Shown: positions 27,561 through 38,590, counted from the first letter of the stretch. The stretch is DNA of 64,000 nucleotides from Phycisphaerae bacterium (GCA_963666835.2 CAXXGO010000006.1:480001-544000); one strand, 5' to 3'. Notes: generated from the letters alone by a model not told the origin. A program made the numbers and translations.

Positions 27561-30500
27561 GTGGGATTACTGCGCGTACCGAATCTGCGACCCGCGACCT
27601 ACGCAGCGTTTTTCTTGATCGCGATAGCCACATTGAACACCGGATGTGGCAACATAGCGTGTGCGCTGTTACCCGCCTCCCCGCCAACCGCGGTCATCAG
27701 TGCGGACCGGCATCGGCTCTCGCAGGCTCCGGGTTCATCCCTGGAAACCCAGCTAAGTGTATCCCCCGTAAAGGGTCTGCCTCCGTACAGCTTCGAATGG
27801 TCCGTAGTCGACCCGGCGGGGAGCCGGGCGGAGGTGCTTCTGGATTCTACGGACACCGCCTCGACCAACTTCACTGCCGGCGAGATTGAGGGCCCTTACG
27901 AGGTCTTTTGCACGGTCACCGATTCTTGCGGGCGGGCGTACACGGCAGGTGTGGTCTTACACGTCGGTGGTCAGGTCGGCCTGGACATCAGCACGGAACG
28001 CGTGGGGGTCGTTGCGGGCGGCGGGGTCGAGGGTCAGACTACCATTCAACTGAGCCCCAGCGCCGGAATACCGCCGTTCGACGTCAGTTGGACCTGCACA
28101 CGGCCGGACGGGCACGTGGACAATGACCGGCTCGACACCACGGACCCGTTGATGCCCGTCTTTACGAGCAGTGACGAGCTCGGGATCTACATCCTCACGG
28201 CCACTATAACGGACTCTTCCGGTGATACGTCGGTGGAATCCGTGATAGTCGTTGTCGGAGAGGTGCCCGGACTCGACATCACGGTTGATCGACCGTCGAT
28301 TGTGCCGGGCGGAGGCGAGGACGGGATGGCCCGCCTGCTGGCGACCCCGATCGGTGGTGTTGAACCCATTACGTACGACTGGGAGATCATCGATTCGCAA
28401 GGTGAGATCCGCAACGAGTTGCTCTGGGACACCACGGCGCGTTCTCCCGTCTTCCAGAGTCCGGACGAAACCGGGACGTACCTGGCACGGTGTGCAGCTA
28501 CTGATGTCGATGGCGTTGTGCTCATTGGCTCGACGACCATCCAGGTCGGCCGCCAGGTAACCGTGAATGTAGAGTCGGATCGGATGACGCTTCCGGCGGG
28601 CGAGTCGGACGGTGCTGAGGCCGCGCTTACCGCAGAGGTCCTGGGGGGGAGCGATCCCGTTGACGTGGAGTGGGCGGTCAGCGGGCCGAACGGGCGCGAT
28701 TACACCGACCTGCTTGATCGCGACGACGGGATGCAGGTCGTTCTTGCCCCGGGTACCGTACCTGGTCTGTACGCGGTCCGCTGCACCGTTACCGATGCCG
28801 ACGGCGTGTCAGCCGCTGATACGGTGGTTCTGACCATGGGGGGGACCCTGGGTTTGCTGGTTACCGCAGACCGAACGTCTCTAGCGACGGGCGGCGGGTC
28901 GCTATACGGGTCATCCGAGCTGACGGCAACGACTCACGGCGGAGCCTCGCCCTACACGTATTCCTGGTCCGTGGTTGATCCCTCCGGAAATCAGGCCTCG
29001 GCCCGCTTGGATAGCACCAATCGAGACAGCACCACGTTCACCAGTTCGTCGACGGTCGGGCTTCACACGGTAATGTGTACCGTGACGGATGCTCTCGGCG
29101 ACGTGGCGGCTGATTCCATCGCGATAGTCGTGGGGCAGCCTCTCAACGTCGATGTGACCGTCGATAGGCAGTCTCTGGTGCCGGGCGGCGGCGTCAGCGG
29201 ACAAGCTCAGCTACTCACCACCGTGAACGGTGGCGCGGCGCCGTACAGTTATACCTGGACGGTGCGCGATCCGGATGGAGTGGCGGCTCCGGCGCGGCTC
29301 AGCGACCTGACGGCCGCGACGCCGGTATTCACCAGCGCTGCGATCACCGGGACCTATCGACTCACCCTGACTACTTCCGACGCGACCGGAGTGGTGTTCG
29401 TTGATTCGGCCGAGGTGGTCGTCAGCGGGTCCAGCCTGGGCACGGCCGGGTTCTCTGTTGATGTTGCTACTAACCGGCTGACGATCGCCCCGTCCGGAGG
29501 GACCGCAACGCTTACCGCGTTCGTTACGGGAGGTATCGCCCCGATTACCTACGCCTGGACGATTACCGATCCCAGCGGCGCAGTAGACAACACGCGGATA
29601 GACTCGACGAGCAACTTCACGGCGACCTTCACTAGTGCGGCCATGCACGGGACCTATCGGGCGGTGTGCATTGCGACCGACGACTCCGGCAGCACCTTCA
29701 CCGACAGCGTGCAACTGACCGTGTCGGACGCTTTCACGCTCGATGTATCGAGTGATGTCACCCATGTGTCGCCCGGAGGAACGGTCAATCTCCTCGCCGA
29801 CCACAGCGGCGGCAGTCCCAACTTCACGTATCTGTGGAGCTGCGTGGATGATAGCAGCGTCGCCTCGGGCACCTTCGGCAGCGGCGCTACCGGAGTGGGA
29901 GCCGCCTTGCAGACCGTTGCCAATGACGCCACGAACACCTGGACCGCCCCGGCAGCGGGGCCGGGCACGCTGGGAAGTTATCGCCTGTCGGTTATCGCCA
30001 CGGACGCCGGTGGACACAGCTTCGTCGACACCGTGATGATCACCGTAACCGACGCCTTCTCACTTGACGTGTCGGCCTCCGCTACCCATGTCAGCCCGGG
30101 AGGCTCCGTTAACCTCAGCGCAGATCGAACCGGAGGAAGTTCCGATTTCACGTTTGCGTTCTCCGCCGTGAATGCCGGCAATGCCGCCTCCGGCACGTTC
30201 ACTACCGGCTCGACGGGGGTAGGCGCGGCCAGCATCGTCGCGGCCGATGACACTACGAACGTGTGGACCGCGCCGAACAGCGGGGCGGGGACCTTGGGAA
30301 CCTACCGGATTATCATAACCGCTACGGACGCCGGCGGAGTCAGCTTTACGGATACCGTGCATGTCGTCGTTTCCGATCCGTTTTCCGTTAATGTGACGGC
30401 CAACGGTACGGTTGCGGCACCCGGCACGGCCACTACCGTTACTGCCGACCGGTCCGGGGGAGAAACGACTTTCTCGTATGTCTGGAGCGCGGCGGATTCC

Positions 30501-32195
30501 TCAGGCGCGGCCGCGGGCAGCTTCGCGACCGGCTCGACCGGCGTCGGTGCCGCGACCCAAGCCGGCGAAGCGGATGATGCGGCCAATTCCTGGACAGCTC
30601 CGGCCGCGGCCGCCGGAGTGACCGGGAGCTACACCATTACTTGTGTGGCGACGGATGCGTTGGGGTTCACCTATACGGACAGCACCGCCATCGTGGTCGG
30701 CGCTGACGATATTCTGGCACTCGACATTGCCGTAGACAAGGTCTCTGTGGCTCCCGGAGGAGTCGTTAACCTCACCGTCGATCAGACCGGCGGGGCGACG
30801 CCGTTCGCCTATGCATACACCGCCGTGAATGAGTCGAACGCTGCGGCGGGAACGCTGGGCGCTGCAAGCCAGAGCGGCGTTGCCGGCAACAGCACGAACA
30901 CCTGGACCGCACCTGCGGCCGCGGCGGGGACGCTCGGCACTTATCGTATTCAGGTGACCGCGACCGATGCCGTTGGCGATACGTTTACGGATTCGGTACA
31001 GGTCAACGTAGAATCGCCGCTCTCGCTCGACTTGACGGCGAACGACACGTTCACGGCACCCTCCACCGCGATCGTGTTCTCGGCGAATGTATCCGGCGGA
31101 GAGACCCCGTACTCCTATACCTGGCTGGCCCGGAACAGCGCCGGCACCGATATCGGGACATGGCAGACCGGGGCCGGGGCGGCCGGGCATGCCACGCAGA
31201 ACGGTGAGGCCGGCGATACCGCGAACGCGTGGTCTACTACCACCGAGGGCCGCTATACCGTTACCTGTACGGTTACGGATAACACCGGGCAGTCGTTTAC
31301 CGACTCGTTGCCGGTCGTATATACATCTCAGGACGTCTATTCGCTGGACGTTCGATCCGACAAACTCACCGTCGCACCCGGCGAGCTCGTGAATCTGACC
31401 GGGGACCAGACCGGCGGGATTGCCAACTACACCTACGCCTGGAGCGCTCTGAACGAGGCGGGAGCGGCCGCGGGCACGTTGGGTAGTACTAATCAGGCCG
31501 GAATAGCCGCCGACACGACCAATACGTGGACAGCACCGACCGGCAGCGGAGTCGAGGGCTCGTATCGCATTATCTGTACGGTCACGGATGCGTCCGGACG
31601 AACGTTTACCGATAGCATGCTCCTTGATGTTACCTCGCTGGCACTGCAGAATGTCTTCCTGGCTCCAGCGGCAACCGCGACCAACAACGTGTTGGGTGGA
31701 ACGGCGCTTAACGTCTGGGCCGGAACCGCGGACCCCGGGCAGCAGATAACGGCCGGCCTGACCAACCCTGTCTACCCGCGGAACGTCATTCTCACCATCA
31801 GCGATGCCGACAACAGCATCACCGGAGGCACGGCCCGCGTTACCGGATTGGATGCCCGCGGGCTGGCTATCTCTGAGGTTATCAGCATCGCCGCCTCGGC
31901 CGGGACGTCCAGCACCAATACCGGGGTAGTGCCGTTCGCCACAGTGACCCGGGTCGACTTGTTTGCCTTCACCGGCGCCGACGCCGGAGCGGACCAGGTA
32001 TCGGTTGGCACGGGCGTTAAGTTCGGCCTCTCCGGCGTCTTGACGGCCGCCGGGGACATCGTCTACGTGATCGAAGGCACAACCACATTGACCGCCGGAT
32101 ACTCCGTGGACGCGACGGCCGGTCAACAGGGCATTACGTTCACCAACGCGCCGAACACCGCACGAAATTACACCGTCGTCTTCCGAGCCCGCTAA
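27561..32195 (+). CDS. Giant lipoprotein with 13 tandem Ig/PKD-like repeats and a distinct C-terminal domain
   Basis: Lipobox-like LNTGC; repeat consensus GG..PY.Y.W....P.G...GxY...CT.TD..G...DS..V.V; exact start uncertain. Confidence 0.85.
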   Translation: MGLLRVPNLRPATYAAFFLIAIATLNTGCGNIACALLPASPPTAVISADRHRLSQAPGSSLETQLSVSPVKGLPPYSFEWSVVDPAGSRAEVLLDSTDTASTNFTAGEIEGPYEVFCTVTDSCGRAYTAGVVLHVGGQVGLDISTERVGVVAGGGVEGQTTIQLSPSAGIPPFDVSWTCTRPDGHVDNDRLDTTDPLMPVFTSSDELGIYILTATITDSSGDTSVESVIVVVGEVPGLDITVDRPSIVPGGGEDGMARLLATPIGGVEPITYDWEIIDSQGEIRNELLWDTTARSPVFQSPDETGTYLARCAATDVDGVVLIGSTTIQVGRQVTVNVESDRMTLPAGESDGAEAALTAEVLGGSDPVDVEWAVSGPNGRDYTDLLDRDDGMQVVLAPGTVPGLYAVRCTVTDADGVSAADTVVLTMGGTLGLLVTADRTSLATGGGSLYGSSELTATTHGGASPYTYSWSVVDPSGNQASARLDSTNRDSTTFTSSSTVGLHTVMCTVTDALGDVAADSIAIVVGQPLNVDVTVDRQSLVPGGGVSGQAQLLTTVNGGAAPYSYTWTVRDPDGVAAPARLSDLTAATPVFTSAAITGTYRLTLTTSDATGVVFVDSAEVVVSGSSLGTAGFSVDVATNRLTIAPSGGTATLTAFVTGGIAPITYAWTITDPSGAVDNTRIDSTSNFTATFTSAAMHGTYRAVCIATDDSGSTFTDSVQLTVSDAFTLDVSSDVTHVSPGGTVNLLADHSGGSPNFTYLWSCVDDSSVASGTFGSGATGVGAALQTVANDATNTWTAPAAGPGTLGSYRLSVIATDAGGHSFVDTVMITVTDAFSLDVSASATHVSPGGSVNLSADRTGGSSDFTFAFSAVNAGNAASGTFTTGSTGVGAASIVAADDTTNVWTAPNSGAGTLGTYRIIITATDAGGVSFTDTVHVVVSDPFSVNVTANGTVAAPGTATTVTADRSGGETTFSYVWSAADSSGAAAGSFATGSTGVGAATQAGEADDAANSWTAPAAAAGVTGSYTITCVATDALGFTYTDSTAIVVGADDILALDIAVDKVSVAPGGVVNLTVDQTGGATPFAYAYTAVNESNAAAGTLGAASQSGVAGNSTNTWTAPAAAAGTLGTYRIQVTATDAVGDTFTDSVQVNVESPLSLDLTANDTFTAPSTAIVFSANVSGGETPYSYTWLARNSAGTDIGTWQTGAGAAGHATQNGEAGDTANAWSTTTEGRYTVTCTVTDNTGQSFTDSLPVVYTSQDVYSLDVRSDKLTVAPGELVNLTGDQTGGIANYTYAWSALNEAGAAAGTLGSTNQAGIAADTTNTWTAPTGSGVEGSYRIICTVTDASGRTFTDSMLLDVTSLALQNVFLAPAATATNNVLGGTALNVWAGTADPGQQITAGLTNPVYPRNVILTISDADNSITGGTARVTGLDARGLAISEVISIAASAGTSSTNTGVVPFATVTRVDLFAFTGADAGADQVSVGTGVKFGLSGVLTAAGDIVYVIEGTTTLTAGYSVDATAGQQGITFTNAPNTARNYTVVFRAR

Positions 32196-32213
32196 TCCGA
32201 GCCGCACCCGCGG

Positions 32214-32735
32214 CGGGTGACATGGGCCAACTTGCTGGCCCGTGAGGTGGCATGATGATGTCATGTTCTCGCGTAATGTGCCGGGTGCCATGGTCCACGC
32301 TTGCGTGGCCATGGAGGTTTGCTGATTTCGTAGGGCACGGTCGAGGTACGAGACCTGCCGGGTGCCATGGTCCACGCTTGCGCCGCCATGGAGGTTTGCT
32401 AATTTCGTAGGGCACGGTCGAGGTACGAGACCTGCCGCAACGGCGCATGACGCGCGAACCGAACGGCTTTCTTCAACCCGCTTCGGGGTTGGGGTGGGAG
32501 AGGGCTTGTGACCCAGGGTGGCACTGAAGCGGCTACGCCGCTTCGTTTACCCTGGGCTTTGTTGTGAAACGCCTTCGGCGTAAGTGCGGAGCGCGCGTCG
32601 CGCGAAGGTCTGCTGTCCGCAAGGGATCTGCCACTGGGGGGTGTGCTACTGCTTTCGATCAGTGCAGAATTGCCGTTAACGCATGACACCCGAGTGGTGC
32701 CAGCCGTAGGGGATGGTCGAGGCCCGATACCTGGC
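32214..32735. repeat. Mosaic REP block 5 (B-A-B-A-G-A')
   Basis: Family B GCCGGGTGCCATGGTCCACGCTTGCGTGGCCATG at 32280 and 32357. Family A at 32330, 32407 and degenerate at 32706. Family G at ~32511-32580. Confidence 0.88.
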
Positions 32736-32748
32736 GAAACGCCCGTAG

Positions 32749-34014
32749 CTACGACTTCTGCCAGAATACGGCGATGCGGTCGATCTTCTGAATCTCGTCG
32801 GTGATTCCGCGCGCCTGGCGATACTCCTCTACCGCCCGCTTGCAGTCCGGGTAGGCGTTATAGTCATCGATAATGCAAAAACCGCCCGCAGACAGCTTGG
32901 GATAGAGCAGCGTGAGAGCGTCCCGGGTACTCTCGTACGTATCGCCGTCCAGCCGAATGACCGCCGCTTCCTTCAACGGCGCCGTCGGAAGCGTGTCCGC
33001 AAAGAAACCCTGGAGAAAGACGACCTGGTCATCAAGAAGACCATAACGGGCGAAACACGATTTGACTTCATCCAGACTGGTTCCGCCTTCCGTCAGAATA
33101 CCCGCCGGGTTCCGCAAATGCCACATGACAAAGTCGACCAGGTCGTCACTGGGATCCTCGCACACCGGGAAACTGCTCTGCTCGGAGAGAAGTCGCTGCA
33201 ACAAATGGAAGCACTTCCGCCGCCACCAGCGGCTTGGAACCGAACCGATCCCCTGCATGAACGGCACAACGAGCCAATGCGGCTTGGCCGGGGCGATCGG
33301 AGTGAATGTATCGCACGCGTAAACACATCGATCGGCAATCCCGTGGGCCTTCAGCACCGCGCGCATGAAGATGGCCGCCCCTCCGCGAAAGACCCCGGCC
33401 TCCACCAGATCGCCGGGGACCCCGTCGCGGATCACGCTCTCAATGCAGAACTGCACATTCTCGAGCCGGCGGATACCGATCATCGTGTGCGAATACGTCG
33501 GCGCGTCCTCGCCCATAACCCGCCGGCTGAGATCGAACCTGCGAGCTAGGATCGGCTTCCGCTTATCATCATAGAAGATCAGCGGCTTATCCTGATAGAG
33601 AATGTTCGCAACGGCCCGCTTCATGAGATCGAGATACAGCTCCGGGGCGGTCCCGTCGGCCGCCACCGGACCGAGCCCGTGGGCCTCATATTCGCCGGCC
33701 CCGATCGCCGGTGCGCAAGATCGCGCCGCATACGCCAGACCCGCTCCGTGCCGAAACGCAATGCGCAGGCACAGCCACAACATTACGACCACAAGACCGA
33801 TGCCTACCAGGATCATCCCCCAACCCGGCAGCCCCCCGGCCTCGGCCCAGCCGCCCTTACTACAGAGGAGAAACAATAGTGACACAGTACCGGCACCAAA
33901 GAGCGCAAGCCACACCACGACGACCCGGCGGCTCGGCTCATTGAAAGAAGCCGGGTCGCCTCGAGATTCCGCAGCCCGGGCGCTAAGATCGTTGTTCATT
34001 GCTACATCCGACAT
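32749..34014 (-). CDS. TylF/MycF/NovP-family O-methyltransferase with two N-terminal TM helices
   Basis: YLDLMKR, HTMIGIRRLEN, VPGDLVEAGVFRGG, CDTF, GFFADTLP, RLDGDTYEST, IIDDY. Confidence 0.9.
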   Translation of the reverse strand: MSDVAMNNDLSARAAESRGDPASFNEPSRRVVVVWLALFGAGTVSLLFLLCSKGGWAEAGGLPGWGMILVGIGLVVVMLWLCLRIAFRHGAGLAYAARSCAPAIGAGEYEAHGLGPVAADGTAPELYLDLMKRAVANILYQDKPLIFYDDKRKPILARRFDLSRRVMGEDAPTYSHTMIGIRRLENVQFCIESVIRDGVPGDLVEAGVFRGGAAIFMRAVLKAHGIADRCVYACDTFTPIAPAKPHWLVVPFMQGIGSVPSRWWRRKCFHLLQRLLSEQSSFPVCEDPSDDLVDFVMWHLRNPAGILTEGGTSLDEVKSCFARYGLLDDQVVFLQGFFADTLPTAPLKEAAVIRLDGDTYESTRDALTLLYPKLSAGGFCIIDDYNAYPDCKRAVEEYRQARGITDEIQKIDRIAVFWQKS

Positions 34015-34031
34015 TTGGCAGCACTCGATTG

Positions 34032-37000
34032 TCAAGAATCCGTTTCCGGCCCGCGAAACAGCCGCACCGCGTCCTGAACGATACAGTACACCGCGGGCAC
34101 GATAAACAGCGTGACGATCGTCGCAAAAGTCAGCCCCCAAACGAAGCTGGAGGCGAAAGGCGACCAGATTCGGCTTTTGCCTCCCAACCCCACCGCCAGC
34201 GGAAGCAGACCGAAGACCGTCGTAATCGTAGTCAGCAGTACGGGCCGGAGCCGCTGGCAGCAGGCCGCCCGCACCGCCTCAAACAGGTTCTCGTGCTCGG
34301 GCCTTTTGGCGTTGGCGCAGTCCACCAGCAGGATCGAGTCGTTGACGACCACGCCGGACATTCCCACGATGGCAATGAAGGTCATTATCGTGAACGGATA
34401 CCCCCCCACCATCAGTCCGCCGACCACTCCGATGCAGGCGAACGGGGCGGTAGCGATGATCACCAGCGGCTGTAGGTAACTGCGGAACTGGGTGGCCAGC
34501 AGGAAGTAGATCAGGACCAGCGCCACGATATACGCCCGGCGCAGCCCGGAAAACGAGGAGGCCGTCTCCGCGAATTGCCCCCCGTACGTGACCCGCGCCT
34601 GGGGCGTGGTGGCCAGAGTCGGCGCGAACTGGCGGATAAGCTGATCGTTAACCTCCTGGGCCGTAGCCTGGCTGGTGTCGACCTCCGCACTGACGATAAC
34701 CACGCGCTGTCCGTTGTAGTGTGGGATCCCGGCATAGCCCTGCTTAACCTCGACGTCAGCGATCTGACGCACCTGGATGATCTCCCTGCTAATAGAGCGG
34801 ATATCGAGATCCATCAGATCCTCGACCTGCCGGCAGAAGCGCTCGGCCATGCGCAGCCGCACATCCAGATCCTCGCCCGAGTTCGTGTCCTTGAACGTCG
34901 AAACCACCAGGCCGTCGTTGGCCGTCCGCAGCACCGAAGCCAGCGATAGAAAAGTCAGCCCGTGTACCGAAGCGCTGTCCTCGTCAATTGTCAGGTTGAT
35001 CTGCTGCCGGCCGAATTCGAGGTTGTCCTTGATGCCGAAAACTCCGTCCATCTTCGCCAAGGTCGCCTTGTATCGCTCAGCCAGCAGCTTCGAAGTTCTA
35101 AAGTCCGGGCACTCGATCCGGATATATACCGGCTTGCCGACCGGAGGGCCCGAACGGGGAGCCCAGATGCGAAACGAGCGCACACCACTGGCCGGGTTGT
35201 CTGCAAGATATTCGCCGATACGTTCCCGGAGCGTCGTAATCACGGCCGTGGGATCGGCATCGACCTGGCTCGTACGGGCGAGCTGAACGTGCATCTGGGC
35301 CACATTGTTGCGGAGTTTCACGGCGTTCTCGTCCGTGATCATCAGGCCATAGCTGGTAAGCACTCCGGATACCTGGTCGGTAAGGGACAGCACGATCCGT
35401 TCTAGTTCGTGGACGACCTCTCCAGTCTGATCCAGCGATGATTCGTCCGCTGTCTGAACATCCAAGAAGAAGGTGCCCTGATCGGAGGGGAACAACTCGA
35501 CGTCCACCAGGGGTAATGCGGCATACGCCAAGTAAGCCAAAGCGAGCAACGGAATGGGTACAAGATAACGATGGCGGAGCGTCACGGCCAGGCATCGATC
35601 GTACAGGGCCTTGCCCCACGTCAAACCCTCGCCGGACTCCCGCAGGTTCTCCTTGACTTCCTTCCTCACCAAGCCCGCCCGACGGCGATAGCCGAAATCC
35701 AGGTAGTGTACCGGCAGGATCAGCAGGCATTCGAACAACGAGGCCAGCAGCACGACCGCCACGGTCTTGGGGATTATCGCGAAGAACTCGCCCAATACGC
35801 CCGACATGAGCAGCAGCGGCAGGAACGCCGCGACGGTCGTTGCCGACGACGACACCACCGGCCAGAACACCTCGCCGGCCCCCTGGATGATGGCCTGAAG
35901 CAGTCCGCGGGGATCGTCACGGGTGATCCCGCGCTCTTCGACGTGCCGGTAGATGCTCTCGAGCACCACGATTGCGTCATCGACGATCATCCCGGCGCAC
36001 AGCACCAACCCGATAAGCGAGATCGCATTGATCGTAACGTCCAGCGCGTGCATGCAGATCAGTGCGCAGCCGAAGGAAAACGGGATTCCGATGATCGCCA
36101 GCAGAGAGTTACGCAGCCCCAGCGCCACCAGCAGCACGATGAAGACGAGCACGACGCCGCTGATGAGGTTGTTAGTGAGAACGTGCAATCGGCTACTGAT
36201 GATGTCGCTGGCGTCGTTATAGATCTTGAGTTCGACCCCCGGAGGCAGCGAGGCCTCAAAGGCGGGCAGCGCCTCGCGGACCCGTTGGGCGACTATGCGG
36301 GAGTCCGCTTCGTCGCTCTTGGCGATTCCCAGTGCCAGACACTCGTTGAGATCGCAACGCGCAAAGAACGTCTTGCGGGCGAAGCCGGTCTCGATTGACG
36401 CGACGTCGCGCAGGTAGACATGCCCGCCGCTGGGGTTCTTCAGTACGACGATTGAGCCGAGCTCTTCCGGGGATAACACTCCGCCTTGCGCTCGAATGCT
36501 CAACTCGCTTTCGGTCTGCTGAATGGTCCCCGAAGGCAGGTCACGATTGTACTGCTGGAGTATCTCCGCCAGATCGTGCAGAACCAGACCGTGCTTGCGA
36601 ATGGCGTCACGGTCGATCTTGATGTGGATCTCCCGATCGCGGACGAGCATGTCGTCCACCTTGGCGACCCCGGGTATCTCGCGCAGCATCGGCTTCAGGC
36701 GCAAGGCTACGTCGTGCAAAACTTCCTCGCCCACCCCGCCCACGTCGACCACGGATACCCACTGCAGGAAGAACACCTCGGCCATGGACAGTTTGGTGAC
36801 GATCGGTTCTTCCGCATCCTCGGGGAGATCGGCTACTTGATCGACGGCGGCCCGCAGTTCGCGCATCGCCGCGTCGAGCCCGCTGGGCGAGAGGTTCTCT
36901 CTGAACTTCACGCGGATCAGCGACGCGTCCGGCTTGGAATCCGAGACAATCCAGGAAATCCCGCGATTGTCCAGAATCTCATCCTCGATCCGATCGGTAA

Positions 37001-37214
37001 TCAGCCGCTCCACGTCCTCGGCCGACGCCCCCAGCCAGATCGTATCGATGGTCGCCTCTCCCAACGACAAATCGGGGTAGACATCGACCGGCATGGCGTT
37101 GATTACGAGGAACCCGACGACGACTAGCACGATGAAGAGCAGATTCATCGGCACGACATTGTCGAGCGCAAAGGCCGTGATACTTGCCCCGGAACCTTTC
37201 AGTGGGTTACTCAT
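34032..37214 (-). CDS. RND efflux permease (AcrB/D/F superfamily)
   Basis: GASAEDVERLIT, GMIVDDAIVVLE, AAFLPLL, QFRSYLQP, RLRPVLLTT; 1060 aa. Confidence 0.93.
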   Translation of the reverse strand: MSNPLKGSGASITAFALDNVVPMNLLFIVLVVVGFLVINAMPVDVYPDLSLGEATIDTIWLGASAEDVERLITDRIEDEILDNRGISWIVSDSKPDASLIRVKFRENLSPSGLDAAMRELRAAVDQVADLPEDAEEPIVTKLSMAEVFFLQWVSVVDVGGVGEEVLHDVALRLKPMLREIPGVAKVDDMLVRDREIHIKIDRDAIRKHGLVLHDLAEILQQYNRDLPSGTIQQTESELSIRAQGGVLSPEELGSIVVLKNPSGGHVYLRDVASIETGFARKTFFARCDLNECLALGIAKSDEADSRIVAQRVREALPAFEASLPPGVELKIYNDASDIISSRLHVLTNNLISGVVLVFIVLLVALGLRNSLLAIIGIPFSFGCALICMHALDVTINAISLIGLVLCAGMIVDDAIVVLESIYRHVEERGITRDDPRGLLQAIIQGAGEVFWPVVSSSATTVAAFLPLLLMSGVLGEFFAIIPKTVAVVLLASLFECLLILPVHYLDFGYRRRAGLVRKEVKENLRESGEGLTWGKALYDRCLAVTLRHRYLVPIPLLALAYLAYAALPLVDVELFPSDQGTFFLDVQTADESSLDQTGEVVHELERIVLSLTDQVSGVLTSYGLMITDENAVKLRNNVAQMHVQLARTSQVDADPTAVITTLRERIGEYLADNPASGVRSFRIWAPRSGPPVGKPVYIRIECPDFRTSKLLAERYKATLAKMDGVFGIKDNLEFGRQQINLTIDEDSASVHGLTFLSLASVLRTANDGLVVSTFKDTNSGEDLDVRLRMAERFCRQVEDLMDLDIRSISREIIQVRQIADVEVKQGYAGIPHYNGQRVVIVSAEVDTSQATAQEVNDQLIRQFAPTLATTPQARVTYGGQFAETASSFSGLRRAYIVALVLIYFLLATQFRSYLQPLVIIATAPFACIGVVGGLMVGGYPFTIMTFIAIVGMSGVVVNDSILLVDCANAKRPEHENLFEAVRAACCQRLRPVLLTTITTVFGLLPLAVGLGGKSRIWSPFASSFVWGLTFATIVTLFIVPAVYCIVQDAVRLFRGPETDS

Positions 37215-37223
37215 GGTCGCGGG

Positions 37224-38414
37224 TCAGTCCTCGAGACGAACTTCGGTTTGCTCGGAAAGATGCTGCAATCCCTTGGTCACCACCATGGCACCCTCCTCCA
37301 CGCCGCTGACCACCCGGTAGGACCGCGGGTCCGACAGGACGGGCAGAACGTCTATCGCAACGCGCCGGGCCAGAAAAATCCCGCCGGCCGAGTCTCCGCC
37401 CGGATCACGCGGCTGAACGACGTAGCAGAATGTTTGGCCGAACAGCTCCACCACCGCCTCCCGCGGGATGGCCAGGATGTGGTGAGCGACCGTGTCGACT
37501 CCGGCCCCAGGTGCTCGCGTGATCGTTCCATCCATGAAGAACCCGGGGTGCAGCCGGCGACCCGGGTTGGGCAACTCGATCTCCACGTCGAACTTGCGAC
37601 TCGTAAGCACCGCCTGCGGATGAACGCGCCGAACCACTCCTTCGAAACTCTCCCCAGGCAGCGCTTTCGTGGTGAGAACCGCCGGCTGGCCGACCTCTAT
37701 CCAGACCACGTTACGGTCCTCGACCTCGGCCAACAGCTTCAACCGATCGACTTCGATCACCTCGGCTAACGGGTGCCCCGGCTGGGCGTACTCCCCGCGG
37801 CGCAGGTGAATCCGCGATACCACCCCGTCTATGGGTGACGTAACCGTCGTGCGGTCCAGCATGAGCGCCGCCAGACGAACCGCCGCCTCCGCCTGGTGCT
37901 TGCGCGCCTTGGCGGCGAGATACTTGATCTCGCCCTGCTTTCGCTCGATCAGAGCGGTCTGCTGTTCGTCCAGCCCTTTGAGCCGATCCCAGTTCGTCTT
38001 GGCCAGTTCGCAGTCCTGCTCCGCCTGGTCCAACATAGCCAGGGCCTCGTCGTGTTCGATCGTCCGCACGGCGTCGTCGATTTTGAACATCGCCTTGCCG
38101 CGTTCGAGCTCGTCCGCCACATCCACCCACTGCTCCACGATCTCGCCCGGAACATCCGCCGAAACTGCCAGCGCAACATAAGGGGTGAGGAACCCGTGGA
38201 TGGCGGCTTGATCGAGCAGGACCCGCCGTTCGACCTGCACAACTCGAACCGGAGCCGCAACCTGCGTAGCGCCCCGGGCCGACTTCTCCCGGTCCAACCC
38301 CCTGACGTGTCTCTGGACGAGCACCCCAACCGCGATCAGCAAGGCACTGGCCACCAACACCAGAATAACGAATAAAGGAGAGCCTCTTCTGTCTTTGCTC
38401 ACAGATGCCATCAT
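37224..38414 (-). CDS. RND periplasmic adaptor (membrane fusion protein)
   Basis: N-terminal TM; VSADVPGEIV, TTVTSPIDGVV, RKFDVEIELPNPGRRLHPGFF, IPREAV. Confidence 0.9.
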   Translation of the reverse strand: MMASVSKDRRGSPLFVILVLVASALLIAVGVLVQRHVRGLDREKSARGATQVAAPVRVVQVERRVLLDQAAIHGFLTPYVALAVSADVPGEIVEQWVDVADELERGKAMFKIDDAVRTIEHDEALAMLDQAEQDCELAKTNWDRLKGLDEQQTALIERKQGEIKYLAAKARKHQAEAAVRLAALMLDRTTVTSPIDGVVSRIHLRRGEYAQPGHPLAEVIEVDRLKLLAEVEDRNVVWIEVGQPAVLTTKALPGESFEGVVRRVHPQAVLTSRKFDVEIELPNPGRRLHPGFFMDGTITRAPGAGVDTVAHHILAIPREAVVELFGQTFCYVVQPRDPGGDSAGGIFLARRVAIDVLPVLSDPRSYRVVSGVEEGAMVVTKGLQHLSEQTEVRLED

Positions 38415-38590
38415 CAACTCGTCATCAGGTAAGGTCCGCTTCGCCGACCAGGCGACACATTCAAACACACGCGGTCCGCACAGCGCAATGGTACTAACCT
38501 TGATCGAAAAGGCGAGAGAGCAGGTGGGGTCCGCTCCGCAGACCAGGCGACTCGAGTATCCTACACGGGCTTAGGCAACCGATCATCTGT

